Origin: an uncultured Acidobacteriaceae bacterium
GTDB lineage: Bacteria > Acidobacteriota > Terriglobia > Terriglobales > Acidobacteriaceae
Direction of reading: 5' to 3'
Length of the DNA: 57,691 nt
Assembly (NCBI GenBank): GCA_964248055.1
Contig: CAXTWN010000004.1
Span: 1-57,691 of the forward strand
Part shown: positions 30,002 through 43,432 of the stretch, in pieces
Layout of the letters: each line of letters begins with the position of its first letter
Numbering within the stretch: the stretch's first letter is position 1
Made by a program: the position numbers and the translations under genes
The notes under the pieces: model-generated
What the model was told of the DNA's origin: nothing
Seen by the model: only the letters and a program-made list of their open reading frames with translations
The model's database searches: none

Positions 30002-31563
30002 TCACGGACGGAGCGCCTTCGCAACATAGCTCCAATGGCGGAAGGTCGCCGATCCTGTGCCGCAGGCGTACAAGGCGGGGCGTAGATCAAGAAACCCACC
30101 TAACGCGTTCTGCTGATAACAGCTGACATCCAGGGTGTCGCGGATGTGTGTCCATCTCGCTGCGGCCCCGTCTCCTCAATGCTGTAAAAACAGTCGACCT
30201 CCTGATCGTCGTTCACGATCCGCAAAGTAGCCCGACTTGCCGAGACGACATTCGTTCGGGACTGAGGCCGTACATGAGCGTCCGCATTCAAACGCAAGCC
30301 GCAGCAGTGATTGTTGTCGTAGAGGAGAAGCAGTCCCGCCTCGCCTCCGGGCGCAATCTCGACTTCGACCTCAACGGTATATGTCCGGTCCGTGGCGACT
30401 CGTGTGAGTGGCGACGTGGCCGGGATGCCGTCGGCATGGGCCGCAAGGGTCAGCACCCCATCAGCAAGCCGGACCCGGCTGGGATCGTAGCCCTTCCAGA
30501 ACTGCCACTGCGGATCAAGTGCCTCGCCGGGAAATCCCGACGCCGGCTCCGCTGCCGATGGTGAGTTTATTTGAGCTTTTTCAATAGGACCGGACTCCGA
30601 AACACCGTCCGGGACCCTAAACCAGCCGTCCGGCGTCCAGACGACCGGCAGAAGCAGGATCTGCCGCCCCAATGTTTGTAGACCATTCTGGTAGGAATGG
30701 AGCGTCATCCACCACGATCCGTCCGCTGCATCGACCAGCCGCCCATGTCCCTTGGACCACCACGTCTCGCTCTTGCTGGAGGTATGAACAATGGGGTTGT
30801 ATGGCGACCACTCCCATGGACCATCGATGCTTTGGCTACGAGCAGAGAGGACCATATGACTGGTGGGCGGGCCTGAGGTCCCGCCTTCGGCAACGTTCAA
30901 GTAGTAATAGTTGTTGTGAAAGAGCAGCTTGGGTGCTTCCAGGCACTCGCACTCGATCTGCCACCTCTCCGGGATAGGCCATGGCTGAAGCACTCTGCGA
31001 GGCTCGGTCCGAACGGAGAGGCCGTCGGGCGAAAGCTCCGCCATGGAGCCTCCGGCGAGATACAGCACCCGTCGCCCGTCCGGGGTCGCACCGTGGGCTG
31101 GATCGATTCCGTTGAGACCCAGTGAGATCGGCTTGCTCCATGGTCCCAGCGGACTCGTTGCATGAACCACAAAGATCCTACCGTCACAGGGGTAGTAGAT
31201 ATAGAAGACCGCCTGGTACTCGCAAAGGAAGGGCGCCCAAACTGCGCCATAGTACTGATCCAGCGCCGCGCCTACGGGCGTCCAGTGCACGAGATCGCGC
31301 GAGTGCCAGATGAGAAGGCCGGGCGTGTAGTGGTCCGTCGTGTGCGTCAGGTAGTAGTCATTGCCTACACGAATGGCACCCGCGTCGGGATGATCGCCCG
31401 GTATCACGGGATTGACGTAGGTTCCCGATCTCTCATGCGAGAGCGGCGAAGCGAAGGACAGGGCCGGCCACGAGCACACCACGCCGCTGGCTGCCACGGA
31501 CCCACCGAGCCGAACAAACCGACGCCTCGACCATAGGTCTGCAGCATGAGTTTGAGCGTGCAC
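30002..31563 (-). pseudogene. Glycoside hydrolase family 43 (beta-xylosidase/arabinofuranosidase type), Tat-exported, 1-nt frameshift near 30170
   Basis: NPVIPGDHPD, VWAP, GIDP, LEAPK, AEGGT, SKGHG; SRRRFV. Main ORF ends at 30100, but a GH43-like C-terminus (WTHIRDTLDVSCYQQNALGGFLDLRPALYACGTGSATFRHW) continues in another frame to TGA at 30002. Confidence 0.82.
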
Positions 31564-31594
31564 AGTTCCCCTGTCAGCGAGCAGCGTGTGCCAA

Positions 31595-34876
<3,282 letters not shown>

Positions 34877-34930
34877 TTACAACCACAGGGTCCCGGCTGA
34901 AATGACCGCGAAGATCTCTCTCACGGAGTG

Positions 34931-34987
34931 ATGGTATCGCTACCATGAGCGCGAGAAATTCTCCCCTGCGCTAAAGGCACTTGTCAA
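34931..34987 (-). promoter_or_regulatory. Promoter TTGACA-N18-GAGAAT with downstream operator ATGGTATCGCTACCAT (34931-34946)
   Basis: Near-perfect 16-bp palindrome upstream of the lacZ-GH43 pair and next to LacI-2. Confidence 0.78.
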
Positions 34988-35103
34988 GAACTTTGTCTCC
35001 TGCGCCCGAACCGCCGAAAAGACTTATCCCGAAGCGACCAGAACCCTTCCTCGTGTTCGGCAGCATGGTCAAGAGCTTTCTCAGCCGTGAGTGGCCCGGG
35101 CAT

Positions 35104-36165
35104 TCAGGCGCCGGGTGTCCCCTTCTTCAGGTGGACACGCGCATCTCCGCAGCCGCACGAGTTGCGCACTACCAAACGCGTCTGCAGTTGCAGCTTGCGA
35201 GGGGCAACTTTGTTCGAGGAGTGGTCCCCGTTGAGACTCTGAAAGAGAAGCTCCCCGGCAGCACGACCAAGATCCTCGATTGGTTGCCGTACGACGGTAA
35301 CAGAGGGTCGCAATGTAGCGGCAAGATCAAAATCGTCATACCCGATGAGCGCCACCGAATCCGGGACTGCGATTCTCCGCTCTTGCAAAGCCTCGTAGAT
35401 GTCCGTCGTGGTTTTGTTCTTGAGCGTAAGCAGGGCCTGCGGCTTTTCTTTGCCTGAGAAGAGCTGACTCACAACAGCTCCCGCGCTGGTTCGATCCACG
35501 ATCGAGGTGATCGCCCGCGGGGTCAGACCGGCAGCCTTCATCGCCAGGCGATAACCACGCAGACGTTCGCGAATCGTGTAGAGCTTATCTTCTCCTGTAA
35601 GGCAAACGATGCGCTCATAGCCGTGGGCGATCAGGTGTGCCGTGGCATCCCGCGCGCCTGTCGCATTTTCTGCAACGACGAAGGGGATCTCTGACCCTGC
35701 GATCGGCCGATCCAGTGCCACGACCGGAATGTTTGTGCGTTTCAATACCGCCAGAAGCCGCGCGCTGTCAGGGCTGGCCGGCGCGATGACCAGACCCTCT
35801 ACGCGATGGCGCAGCAACTCGTCCACACTCGCCACTTCATTACTCACGTTGTTGCGAGTCGTTGTCGCAATCAGCAAGGAATCGTGGTTTCGGGCAACGG
35901 ACTCCAGCGCCTCCGCGCAGCTTGCAAAGAAGGGATCAACGATACTGGGCGCCACGAACCCGATCACCTTGGTGCGGCCGCCGGAGAGCACCCTCGCGGC
36001 GTTGTTCGGAACGTATCCGACGGACTCGATCACCGAACGGACATGAGCGAGGGTCTCAGGATCCACCCGGAATCCACCGTTGATGACTCGCGACACCGTG
36101 GTAGTGCCCACGCCAGCCTTCCGTGCAACATCGCTTACAGTCGGTTGCCGTATCTGCCTCTTCAT
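35104..36165 (-). CDS. LacI family transcriptional regulator (LacI-2)
   Basis: PTVSDVARKAGVGTTTVSRVIN, GYVPNNAARVL, IGYDDFD...PSVTVVRQP. Confidence 0.95.
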   Translation of the reverse strand: MKRQIRQPTVSDVARKAGVGTTTVSRVINGGFRVDPETLAHVRSVIESVGYVPNNAARVLSGGRTKVIGFVAPSIVDPFFASCAEALESVARNHDSLLIATTTRNNVSNEVASVDELLRHRVEGLVIAPASPDSARLLAVLKRTNIPVVALDRPIAGSEIPFVVAENATGARDATAHLIAHGYERIVCLTGEDKLYTIRERLRGYRLAMKAAGLTPRAITSIVDRTSAGAVVSQLFSGKEKPQALLTLKNKTTTDIYEALQERRIAVPDSVALIGYDDFDLAATLRPSVTVVRQPIEDLGRAAGELLFQSLNGDHSSNKVAPRKLQLQTRLVVRNSCGCGDARVHLKKGTPGA

Positions 36166-36497
36166 GCCCGCTATGTTTCGGAACTCCCGGCGTTTGACCA
36201 GCTACATCGTACCGCAACGGGTAGTTGCTCCGTCTGACATTTGGTGCCTGCGGGCACGCTCTGTAAGGGTTAGCTTGATGCGGAAGCACAAGCGTTCTGG
36301 CAGCGACTACTGGCCGCTACGAGAGTTCTTGGATAGGGAGAAGAGACATGCCAAAAGCTTTGTTTGAGCGCGGCCGGGGCTTCACTGCAGACGCCCAGGA
36401 GACCTTACCTAAGTCGTGAAAGATCTTGGCCTGGATGAGTTGTTATCGCAATTTGCTCCTCATCAGCCGCTGTAGCATAGCGAGCGGAGGGAAGAGC

Positions 36498-39056
36498 ATG
36501 TCCTGGTCGCGGAGAGAGTTTTTGGAGCGGGGTGCTCTTTCGGCATCAGCAGCTGTGGTGTCGAACGCGATGCCCGTCGCGCTGGGCCAACAGGGTGAGG
36601 GAGATCTACGGGGCGGGGTAGACGCTGCCTCTTCGCGGGCGCTTGAGGCTCGCGTTGTAGCCAGCCTGAACCAGGACTGGCAGTTCTTTCGGCCAGAATC
36701 ACCTGTACCGGGGGCGAACTTACCGGGTTCCGGTGGACAGACGGGAGATCAGGCACACCCTCCTGCGGATGTTTCGTGGGAACGGGTGGATTTGCCGCAC
36801 ACGGTAAGACTTGAGCCTAGAGATGTGAGCGGGGGACGCAACTACCAGGGCGTGTGCTGGTACAGGAGGGAGCTGCGCGTCGAACCGGCGTGGCGGAGCC
36901 GTGTGGTGTACCTGAAGTTCCAGGGAGCCATGCAGGTGGCGGATGTGTGGTTGAACGGCGTTCACCAGGTCACTCACTATGGTGGCTACCTCCCCTTCAC
37001 CATCGACATCTCCAAAGGTCTGCGATTTGACGGGCCGAATGAGCTGATGGTGAAGCTGGATAATTCGAACAACCCCGAGGTGCCGCCGGGCAAGCCCCAG
37101 GATCAGCTGGATTTCTGCTACTTTGGCGGCCTTTACCGGAGCGTCGACCTGGAGGTGCTTTCCCCTTTGCACATCACGGACCCGATGCTGGCGGACACCG
37201 TTGCGGGCGGCGGCATCTTTGTTACGTTTCCGACGGTTGCGGCGGAGACCTCCATGGTGCAGGTGAAGACCGAGTTGAGGAACGAATCGGATCAAAGCCG
37301 CACCTGCGAGGTGGTGCAGGTACTGACGGGCATCGATGGAAGGCCTGCGGGCACGGCGGTGGTCACGGCTACAGTGCCGGGCCGTTCCCGCTACGTAGCT
37401 TCGCATACGCTCAAGGTCGATCATCCGAGGCTCTGGCACCCCGAAGATCCGTATCTCTACACGCTGCATTCGATCGTCCGCGCTCATGGCAACGTCGTAG
37501 ACGACCAGTACACCCGCATCGGGATTCGCTCGATCCGGTTCGACAAAGAGCGCGGATTGCTGATCAACGGCGAGCCGTTTTTCTCGATCGGCGCAAATCG
37601 TCACCAGGACCATCCGTATGTTGGATACGCTCTGCCACCATCGGCGCACTACCGCGATGTCTATAAGCTGCGTGAGGCGGGATTCACCTCGTACCGAAGC
37701 CACTATCCCCAGGATCCAAGCTTCATGGACGCGTGTGACGAGCTGGGAATGCTTGCGATCGTCTCCAATCCGGGCTGGCAGTTCGTCGGCGACGAGACCT
37801 TCAAAAGACGTGTGTACCAGGATGCGCGGGAGATGATCCGGCGCGATCGCAATCGTCCTTCGGTGATCCTCTGGGAGGCGGAGCTGAACGAATCGGACAA
37901 CAGCTCGATGGCGGCAGAGCTCTACCAGATCGTGCATGAGGAGTATCCGGGGCCGGAGTGTTACACCGCCGGCAATCCGGTCCAGGGAGCGGGGCCCAGT
38001 TTCAAGGGCTGGGATATCACGTACAACAGCTGGGATCTCTGGCTGAAGGGAACTCCGTGTGCGGAGATGTCGGAACGTCCAGGAAGCGGGCCTTCCTGGA
38101 TCCGGGAGTGGGGCGACCTTGTGGACAACTGGCGCGATCAACAAGGCCCGGTGCGTGTCTCCAGATCGTGGGGTGAGGTTCCCATGCTGGTACAGGCGTC
38201 GTCTCATCTGCGGAGCCTCAACCGGATCTGCCAGCCCGGGGCCCGGCCTGCCGGGGCCAATCTCTGGGCAGGCATCGATGCCGCACGTGGATACCACCAT
38301 CAGCCGTTCCTGGGCTCTCCGCTGGACGCGTTTCGGCTTCCGAAGTTTGACTATTTTATGTTCCAGAGTCAGCGGCCCGCACAGGCGCAGCAGGCGCGAG
38401 TTGGCAGTGGGCCGATGATCTTTATAGCCAACTATGCTATGTTCCAGTCTCCGTCGGAGGTGGTGGTGTACAGCAACTGCGAACAGGTGCGCCTGGTCCA
38501 GAACGGCAAAGAGGTCGCCACCCAGCACCCGGACGCGGGCTACGATGTTCCCCACCCACCGTTCACGTTCAAGGTTGATAACTTCAGCTCTACCCGCAGC
38601 ATGCTGTTCGGCAACACCGCTGCGCCTGGAGCGCCCGGCGGTCCGGTCGGCGAGTTGCATGCGGAAGGTATGATCGCAGGCAAGGTGGTTGCGGAACACG
38701 TCGTCCGTTCACCAGGCGTCCCGCAGAGGCTTCAGTTGCGCCTGGACACCTGCGGTGCGGAGCCAGTTGCCGATGGTGCGGACTGGGTGCGCGTCTATGC
38801 CTACGTCTGCGATGCCCGAGGCACGACGTACCCGTATGCGGATGACATGGTGACCTTCTCGGTGAGTGGAGAAGGAGCGCTGATTGGCGACGAGCGCATC
38901 TTCGCGAACCCTCTACGCGCCGAAGCGGGCATCGCCCCGGCGCTGGTGCGGATGACCAGGACCGCGGGTGCCGTAACCGTGACCGCAACATCACCGGCGT
39001 TGCAGGGATCGACTCTGGCCTTCCGATCCGTTCCGAGGAAGTTGCGGGTGACCTAA
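36498..39056 (+). CDS. Glycoside hydrolase family 2 protein, Tat-exported
   Basis: GVCWYRR, HYGGYLPF, DFCYFGGLYR, GANRHQD, RSHYPQ, RDRNRPSVILWE..LNE, FRLPK; SRREFL. Start moved to ATG 36498 after GGAGG. Confidence 0.92.
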   Translation: MSWSRREFLERGALSASAAVVSNAMPVALGQQGEGDLRGGVDAASSRALEARVVASLNQDWQFFRPESPVPGANLPGSGGQTGDQAHPPADVSWERVDLPHTVRLEPRDVSGGRNYQGVCWYRRELRVEPAWRSRVVYLKFQGAMQVADVWLNGVHQVTHYGGYLPFTIDISKGLRFDGPNELMVKLDNSNNPEVPPGKPQDQLDFCYFGGLYRSVDLEVLSPLHITDPMLADTVAGGGIFVTFPTVAAETSMVQVKTELRNESDQSRTCEVVQVLTGIDGRPAGTAVVTATVPGRSRYVASHTLKVDHPRLWHPEDPYLYTLHSIVRAHGNVVDDQYTRIGIRSIRFDKERGLLINGEPFFSIGANRHQDHPYVGYALPPSAHYRDVYKLREAGFTSYRSHYPQDPSFMDACDELGMLAIVSNPGWQFVGDETFKRRVYQDAREMIRRDRNRPSVILWEAELNESDNSSMAAELYQIVHEEYPGPECYTAGNPVQGAGPSFKGWDITYNSWDLWLKGTPCAEMSERPGSGPSWIREWGDLVDNWRDQQGPVRVSRSWGEVPMLVQASSHLRSLNRICQPGARPAGANLWAGIDAARGYHHQPFLGSPLDAFRLPKFDYFMFQSQRPAQAQQARVGSGPMIFIANYAMFQSPSEVVVYSNCEQVRLVQNGKEVATQHPDAGYDVPHPPFTFKVDNFSSTRSMLFGNTAAPGAPGGPVGELHAEGMIAGKVVAEHVVRSPGVPQRLQLRLDTCGAEPVADGADWVRVYAYVCDARGTTYPYADDMVTFSVSGEGALIGDERIFANPLRAEAGIAPALVRMTRTAGAVTVTATSPALQGSTLAFRSVPRKLRVT

Positions 39057-39232
39057 CTTTTATGTGCGGGGTCTCGTCATACGAGAGCACCGTCTCCGAG
39101 AGCCTCGCGATATCAGGCCAATGCACTTAGTGAGCACTGCTCAAAACGGTGTGACAGGATAGGCGACTGTAGATCGCCCTGTCCGCCCCGCGCGACCCCT
39201 AAAATCAGAGAGCGCGAAGGGATGGATTGCAG

Positions 39233-40339
39233 GTGAGCAAGGCGAGGCACCCGTGGGACGGCTTCATCGCGGACAGGATCGATCCGCTGTCGCCGGAGGA
39301 AGAGTCGTTCTTCCGCGGCAGGCGGGTCCTCATCACCGGCGCCGGCGGCTATCTTGGGTCCGCGCTCGCCCGCACCCTCGCCCGACTCGGCGTGAGCCGG
39401 ATCCTGCTGCTGGACACCGCCGAGTACGGCCTCTACCGCCTGGAACAAGCGCTTCCGCAGAGCCTAGACCGGCAGCTCATCCTGGGCAGCGTCACAGACG
39501 CCGTGCTCCTCCGCGAACTCTTCTGCGACCACGCCCCGGACCTCGTCTTCCACGCCGCCGCCCTCAAGCACGTCCCCCTGCTGGAGACCAACTCCCTCGC
39601 GGCCGCCGAGATCAACGTCCTCGGCACCGAAGCGCTGCTCCACGAAGCCCGCCAGCATTCGCTCACCAGCTTTGTCCTGCTTTCGACCGATAAGGCCGTT
39701 GTTCCGTCCAGCATCATGGGCGCGACCAAGCGCCTCGCCGAGCAGCTCGTGCTTCGCGAACACGCCCAGGGTCACACTGTCTTCCGCGCCGCCCGCCTGT
39801 GCAACGTCCTCGGCTCCACGGGCAGCGTTGCCCCGCTATTTGCACGCCAGATCGCCGCCGGACGCCCTCTCACGGTGACTCATCCCGAGGCGAGCCGCTA
39901 CTTCCTTTCCCGGACCGACGCCGTCCGCCTGCTGCTCCGCGCGGCCACCCTGGATCCTACCCACGGTCTCCTCGCGCCTGAGGTCGGCGCCCCGCATCGC
40001 GTAGAGGACCTTGCGTTGTTTTTGCGCGAGCAGGCGCCCGGCCCAGCGCGTTCGCAGATCACCTACACGGGCCTGCGCCCCGCAGACAAGCTCCACGAGC
40101 AGCTCATGGGCCCCGACGAGCGAGCGCACCCGTATCCCGGGCGGCCTGACCTGTTCGCGATCCAAAGTTCCTCCGCTCCCATTGTCCTTGCACAGGCGCT
40201 GCGGGAGATCCGCGCGGCGGTCGCCCGGCGGGAAGCGGCAAGGCTTCTGCGGGCGATCGAAGCGGCGGTGCCCGAGTACACGCCGCTCGACCTGCCCCCC
40301 GATGCCGTACCCCGGGAGCCCGTTCCCAGCGCCATCTGA
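39233..40339 (+). CDS. Soluble PglF/CapD-like NDP-sugar dehydratase (polysaccharide biosynthesis protein)
   Basis: LITGAGGYLG, FHAAALKHVP, STDKAV, MGATKR, NVLGSTGSV, TVTHPEASRYF, GLRPADKLHE; no membrane domain. Confidence 0.85.
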   Translation: MSKARHPWDGFIADRIDPLSPEEESFFRGRRVLITGAGGYLGSALARTLARLGVSRILLLDTAEYGLYRLEQALPQSLDRQLILGSVTDAVLLRELFCDHAPDLVFHAAALKHVPLLETNSLAAAEINVLGTEALLHEARQHSLTSFVLLSTDKAVVPSSIMGATKRLAEQLVLREHAQGHTVFRAARLCNVLGSTGSVAPLFARQIAAGRPLTVTHPEASRYFLSRTDAVRLLLRAATLDPTHGLLAPEVGAPHRVEDLALFLREQAPGPARSQITYTGLRPADKLHEQLMGPDERAHPYPGRPDLFAIQSSSAPIVLAQALREIRAAVARREAARLLRAIEAAVPEYTPLDLPPDAVPREPVPSAI

Positions 40340-40343
40340 TTCC

Positions 40344-41516
40344 ATGACCAAAATCGCCGTTGTCACCACGTCCCGCGCCGACTACAGCCACCTCTACTGG
40401 CCCATGCGCACCCTGCACGAGCACCCTGGCGTGGAGCTCCAGATCATCGCGATGGCCTCGCACCTGTCGCCCGAGTTCGGCCACACCGTCCGCGAGATCG
40501 AAGCCGACAGGCTCCCCATCGCGGCGCGCCTCGAGTGCCTGCTCAGCTCCGACACGGACGTTGGCATGGCCAAGAGCATCGGCCTCGGCGTGCTTTCGCT
40601 CGCCGACACCCTCGGCGCCATGCGTCCCGATCTCGTCCTTCTGATCGCGGATCGTTACGAGATGCTCGCTCCCGCCGCCGTCTGCCTTGCGCTGCGGCTG
40701 CCCATCGCGCACATCGAAGGCGGCGAACGGAGTGAGGGCGCCATCGACGACGCCGTCCGCAACGCACTCACCAAGATGAGCCACATCCACTTCACCTCCA
40801 CCGAGCAGGCGCGCGAGCGCGTCATCTCGCTCGGCGAAGAGCCCTGGCGCGTCCACCGCGCCGGCGCTCCGTCACTCGATCACCTGCAAAAAAGCGCCTT
40901 ACCTTCACGCGCCGAGCTCGAACGGGAGCTCTCGCTGGACCTCAGCCGCCCCTCGCTCGTCGTCGCCTGGCACCCGGTCACCCTGCTCCAGGACACCACG
41001 GCCGAGACCGAGGCCCTCTTCACCGCCCTCGGCACCCGCCCGGAGCAGCTGCTCTTCTGCTACCCCAACGCCGACGCCGGCAGCCGCGAACTCATCGCCC
41101 GCACGGAGCATTTCCTGAGCGAGCGCCGCCGCAACGATCATCAGGGCCGCGTCTTCGTCAACCTTCCTGCTCTCCGCTACTGGGCGCTCCTGCGCGAGGT
41201 CGCCGCCATGGTCGGCAACTCCTCCAGCGGCATCATGGAGACCGCCTCGTTCGCCCTGCCCACCGTGAACGTCGGCCTGCGCCAGAAGGGCCGGCTGCGC
41301 CCCCGCAACGTGATCGACACCCCGGCCGAAGGCACTGCCATCACCGCGGCCATCGCGCAGGCGCGCAGCGAAGCGTTTCGCCGCTCGCTTGAAGGCATGA
41401 CCAATCCCTACGGCGAAGGCACCGCCTCCGAACGCATCGCGGAAGTCCTCACCACGCTGCCCTCACGCGACACCCTGCTGATGAAGCGCGCCGAACCCGA
41501 GGCGGACCAGGCATGA
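40344..41516 (+). CDS. neuC: UDP-N-acetylglucosamine 2-epimerase, hydrolysing (NeuC/LegG family)
   Basis: VVTTSRADY, HLSPEFG, ADRYE, HIEGGERSEGAIDD, YPNADAG, GNSSSGIME, GLRQKGR, NPYGEG. Confidence 0.92.
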   Translation: MTKIAVVTTSRADYSHLYWPMRTLHEHPGVELQIIAMASHLSPEFGHTVREIEADRLPIAARLECLLSSDTDVGMAKSIGLGVLSLADTLGAMRPDLVLLIADRYEMLAPAAVCLALRLPIAHIEGGERSEGAIDDAVRNALTKMSHIHFTSTEQARERVISLGEEPWRVHRAGAPSLDHLQKSALPSRAELERELSLDLSRPSLVVAWHPVTLLQDTTAETEALFTALGTRPEQLLFCYPNADAGSRELIARTEHFLSERRRNDHQGRVFVNLPALRYWALLREVAAMVGNSSSGIMETASFALPTVNVGLRQKGRLRPRNVIDTPAEGTAITAAIAQARSEAFRRSLEGMTNPYGEGTASERIAEVLTTLPSRDTLLMKRAEPEADQA

Positions 41517-42676
41517 ACGTTCCGCTTTCCAAGCCCGACATCACCGATCTCGAGATCGACGCCGTGGTAGCCGTCCTGCGCAGCTCGCGCCTCAGCCTCG
41601 GCCCCAAGATGGAGGAGTTCGAGCAGCGTGTCGCGGCCCTCATCGGTGCTGCACAAGGAACCGCTCACGGCGTCGTGGTCAGCTCCGGCACCGCCGGCCT
41701 GCATCTCTGCCTGCTGGCCCTCGGGGTGGGGCCCGGCGACGAGGTCCTCGTCCCGTCCTTTACCTTTATCGCCGCCGCCAACGCCATCCGCTACGTCGGC
41801 GCTACCCCCGTCTTCGTCGACATCGATGCGGCAACCCTCAACCTCGACCCCGAGCGCCTCGAAGCCGCGCTCACCCCGCGTACCCGCGCCATCATGGCGG
41901 TCCACACCTTCGGGTACCCCGCCGATATGGACGCCATCCTCGCCTTCGCCCGCCAACACAACCTCCTCGTGATCGAAGACGCCTGCGAGGCCATCGGCGC
42001 CACCTTTCAAGGCCAGCCCGTGGGCTCCTTCGGCCATGCCGCGGTCTTTGCGTTCTACCCCAACAAGCAGATCACCACCGGCGAAGGCGGCATGATCGTT
42101 ACCCGCGACCCCGACCTTGCTCGCACGCTGCGCGCGCTGCGCAACCAGGGCCGCCTGCCCGGCGACGCGTGGCACCAGCACAGCCTGCTCGGCTACAACT
42201 ACCGGCTTTCCGAGCTGAACTGCGCTCTCGGCTGCGCGCAGATGCAGCGCCTCCCGGAGATCCTCGCCAAACGCGCCGCCGTTGCCGCCCTCTACACCGA
42301 ACGCCTCCGCGGAGACGGCACGATCACGCTGCCGCCTCACGTCCCGGCATCTCTTGCGGCCTCCGGGACACGCCAAAGCTGGTTCGTCTACGTAATACGG
42401 CTCGGCGGCTACTCAGACGGGGGTGAAGACACCCGGCTCCGCGATCGGGTGGCCAGTCACCTCGCCGCACACGGCATCCAGACCGGCCGCTACTTCGCCC
42501 CCATCCATCAGCAGCCTGCTTACCACGGGTTGCCGATCTCCCAACCGCTTCCCGTCACCGAAGCGGAAAGCCGCCGCACCCTCGCGCTCCCGTTCTTTAG
42601 CAATCTGTCCGAGGCGCAGGTGGCCTACGTTATCGAGCACCTCCAGCAGGCTCTGACCGCCAGCCCGCTGACGTGA
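41513..42676 (+). CDS. DegT/DnrJ/EryC1/StrS family sugar aminotransferase
   Basis: SSGTAGLH, GPGDEV, IEDACEA, FYPNKQITTGEGG (PLP Lys), GYNYRL; ATGA overlap with neuC. Confidence 0.93.
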   Translation: MNVPLSKPDITDLEIDAVVAVLRSSRLSLGPKMEEFEQRVAALIGAAQGTAHGVVVSSGTAGLHLCLLALGVGPGDEVLVPSFTFIAAANAIRYVGATPVFVDIDAATLNLDPERLEAALTPRTRAIMAVHTFGYPADMDAILAFARQHNLLVIEDACEAIGATFQGQPVGSFGHAAVFAFYPNKQITTGEGGMIVTRDPDLARTLRALRNQGRLPGDAWHQHSLLGYNYRLSELNCALGCAQMQRLPEILAKRAAVAALYTERLRGDGTITLPPHVPASLAASGTRQSWFVYVIRLGGYSDGGEDTRLRDRVASHLAAHGIQTGRYFAPIHQQPAYHGLPISQPLPVTEAESRRTLALPFFSNLSEAQVAYVIEHLQQALTASPLT

Positions 42677-42699
42677 ACCCGTAAAAACAGCTGGCAGTT

Positions 42700-43422
42700 C
42701 TATCGGGAGTGGGATCTCTTGCCGGAGTGGCGTGAGGTTGCCTTCCTGTCTTCCGCGTCTCGCCCTCGCATGTCTGCCTCCTCCTGCCGGTGAAACTGCT
42801 CCTCGAACTCAGACATGGTGGGCGCGGTGGCCAGGGGCGGCAGGGGCGGTTCGCTGGCCGCCTCTTGTGCGACGCGCCGCAGGAGTGCCTGCGCATCCGC
42901 GTCGGTGCCGGGGTGCAGCAGCAGACGGTGCTTGAGAGGGTCGCCGGTCTTGCAGGTCAGGGTGTTGCCGTCGACATCGCAGGAGAACGCGGAGAACACG
43001 ATGTCGGGGGTAGCGTCGATGCCGAACTTAACGGAGCCGTCGGGCTTCACCTCCCAGTTGATCGCGCGAAAGGGGCGGGTGATGCCTTCGCCGAGAATCG
43101 TCATGGTGCCGGGGCCGTGATGCGTGCCCATGAGGCTGTCGGCGTCTTCGAGCCGGAACTGGAGCACGGCGTGGCGGTGCGGCCCCGGAGTATCGCCGTC
43201 GCGGCTGGGATCCCAGTAGCGCCCATCCATGGTGAGCTCGCCGACCCACTCCCCGTTGGGGTTGGCGGGGGAGACGGCCGCGATTGGACCGGGAACGAAG
43301 CGATGGTACACAGCCGACCCCAACCACCACAGCAAAAGCCCGAGCCCGATCAGCAGAAACGGATGCCGCAGCCAGTGGAAGGCGGGGCGGGAAGGACGGG
43401 ACAGGTCGCTTGGATCGGCCAT
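42700..43422 (-). CDS. Hypothetical N-anchored protein (paralogue A)
   Basis: GAGGAG RBS; one TM (FLLIGLGLLLWWLG); shares GEWVG...GDTPGPH...GEGITRP with its neighbour. Confidence 0.65.
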   Translation of the reverse strand: MADPSDLSRPSRPAFHWLRHPFLLIGLGLLLWWLGSAVYHRFVPGPIAAVSPANPNGEWVGELTMDGRYWDPSRDGDTPGPHRHAVLQFRLEDADSLMGTHHGPGTMTILGEGITRPFRAINWEVKPDGSVKFGIDATPDIVFSAFSCDVDGNTLTCKTGDPLKHRLLLHPGTDADAQALLRRVAQEAASEPPLPPLATAPTMSEFEEQFHRQEEADMRGRDAEDRKATSRHSGKRSHSR

Positions 43423-43432
43423 ACGCTGCTCC

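Noticed and set aside
36295-36460. Possible operator-2 variants upstream of the third GH2 (TTGTTATCGCAATTTG, CTGGCAGCGACTACTG)
   Set aside because: Only about 9/16 matches and not palindromic.
36720-38699. 659-aa minus-strand ORF (similarly 18032-19561, 33632-34801, 55632-57263)
   Set aside because: Antisense to well-supported genes; no domain signal.
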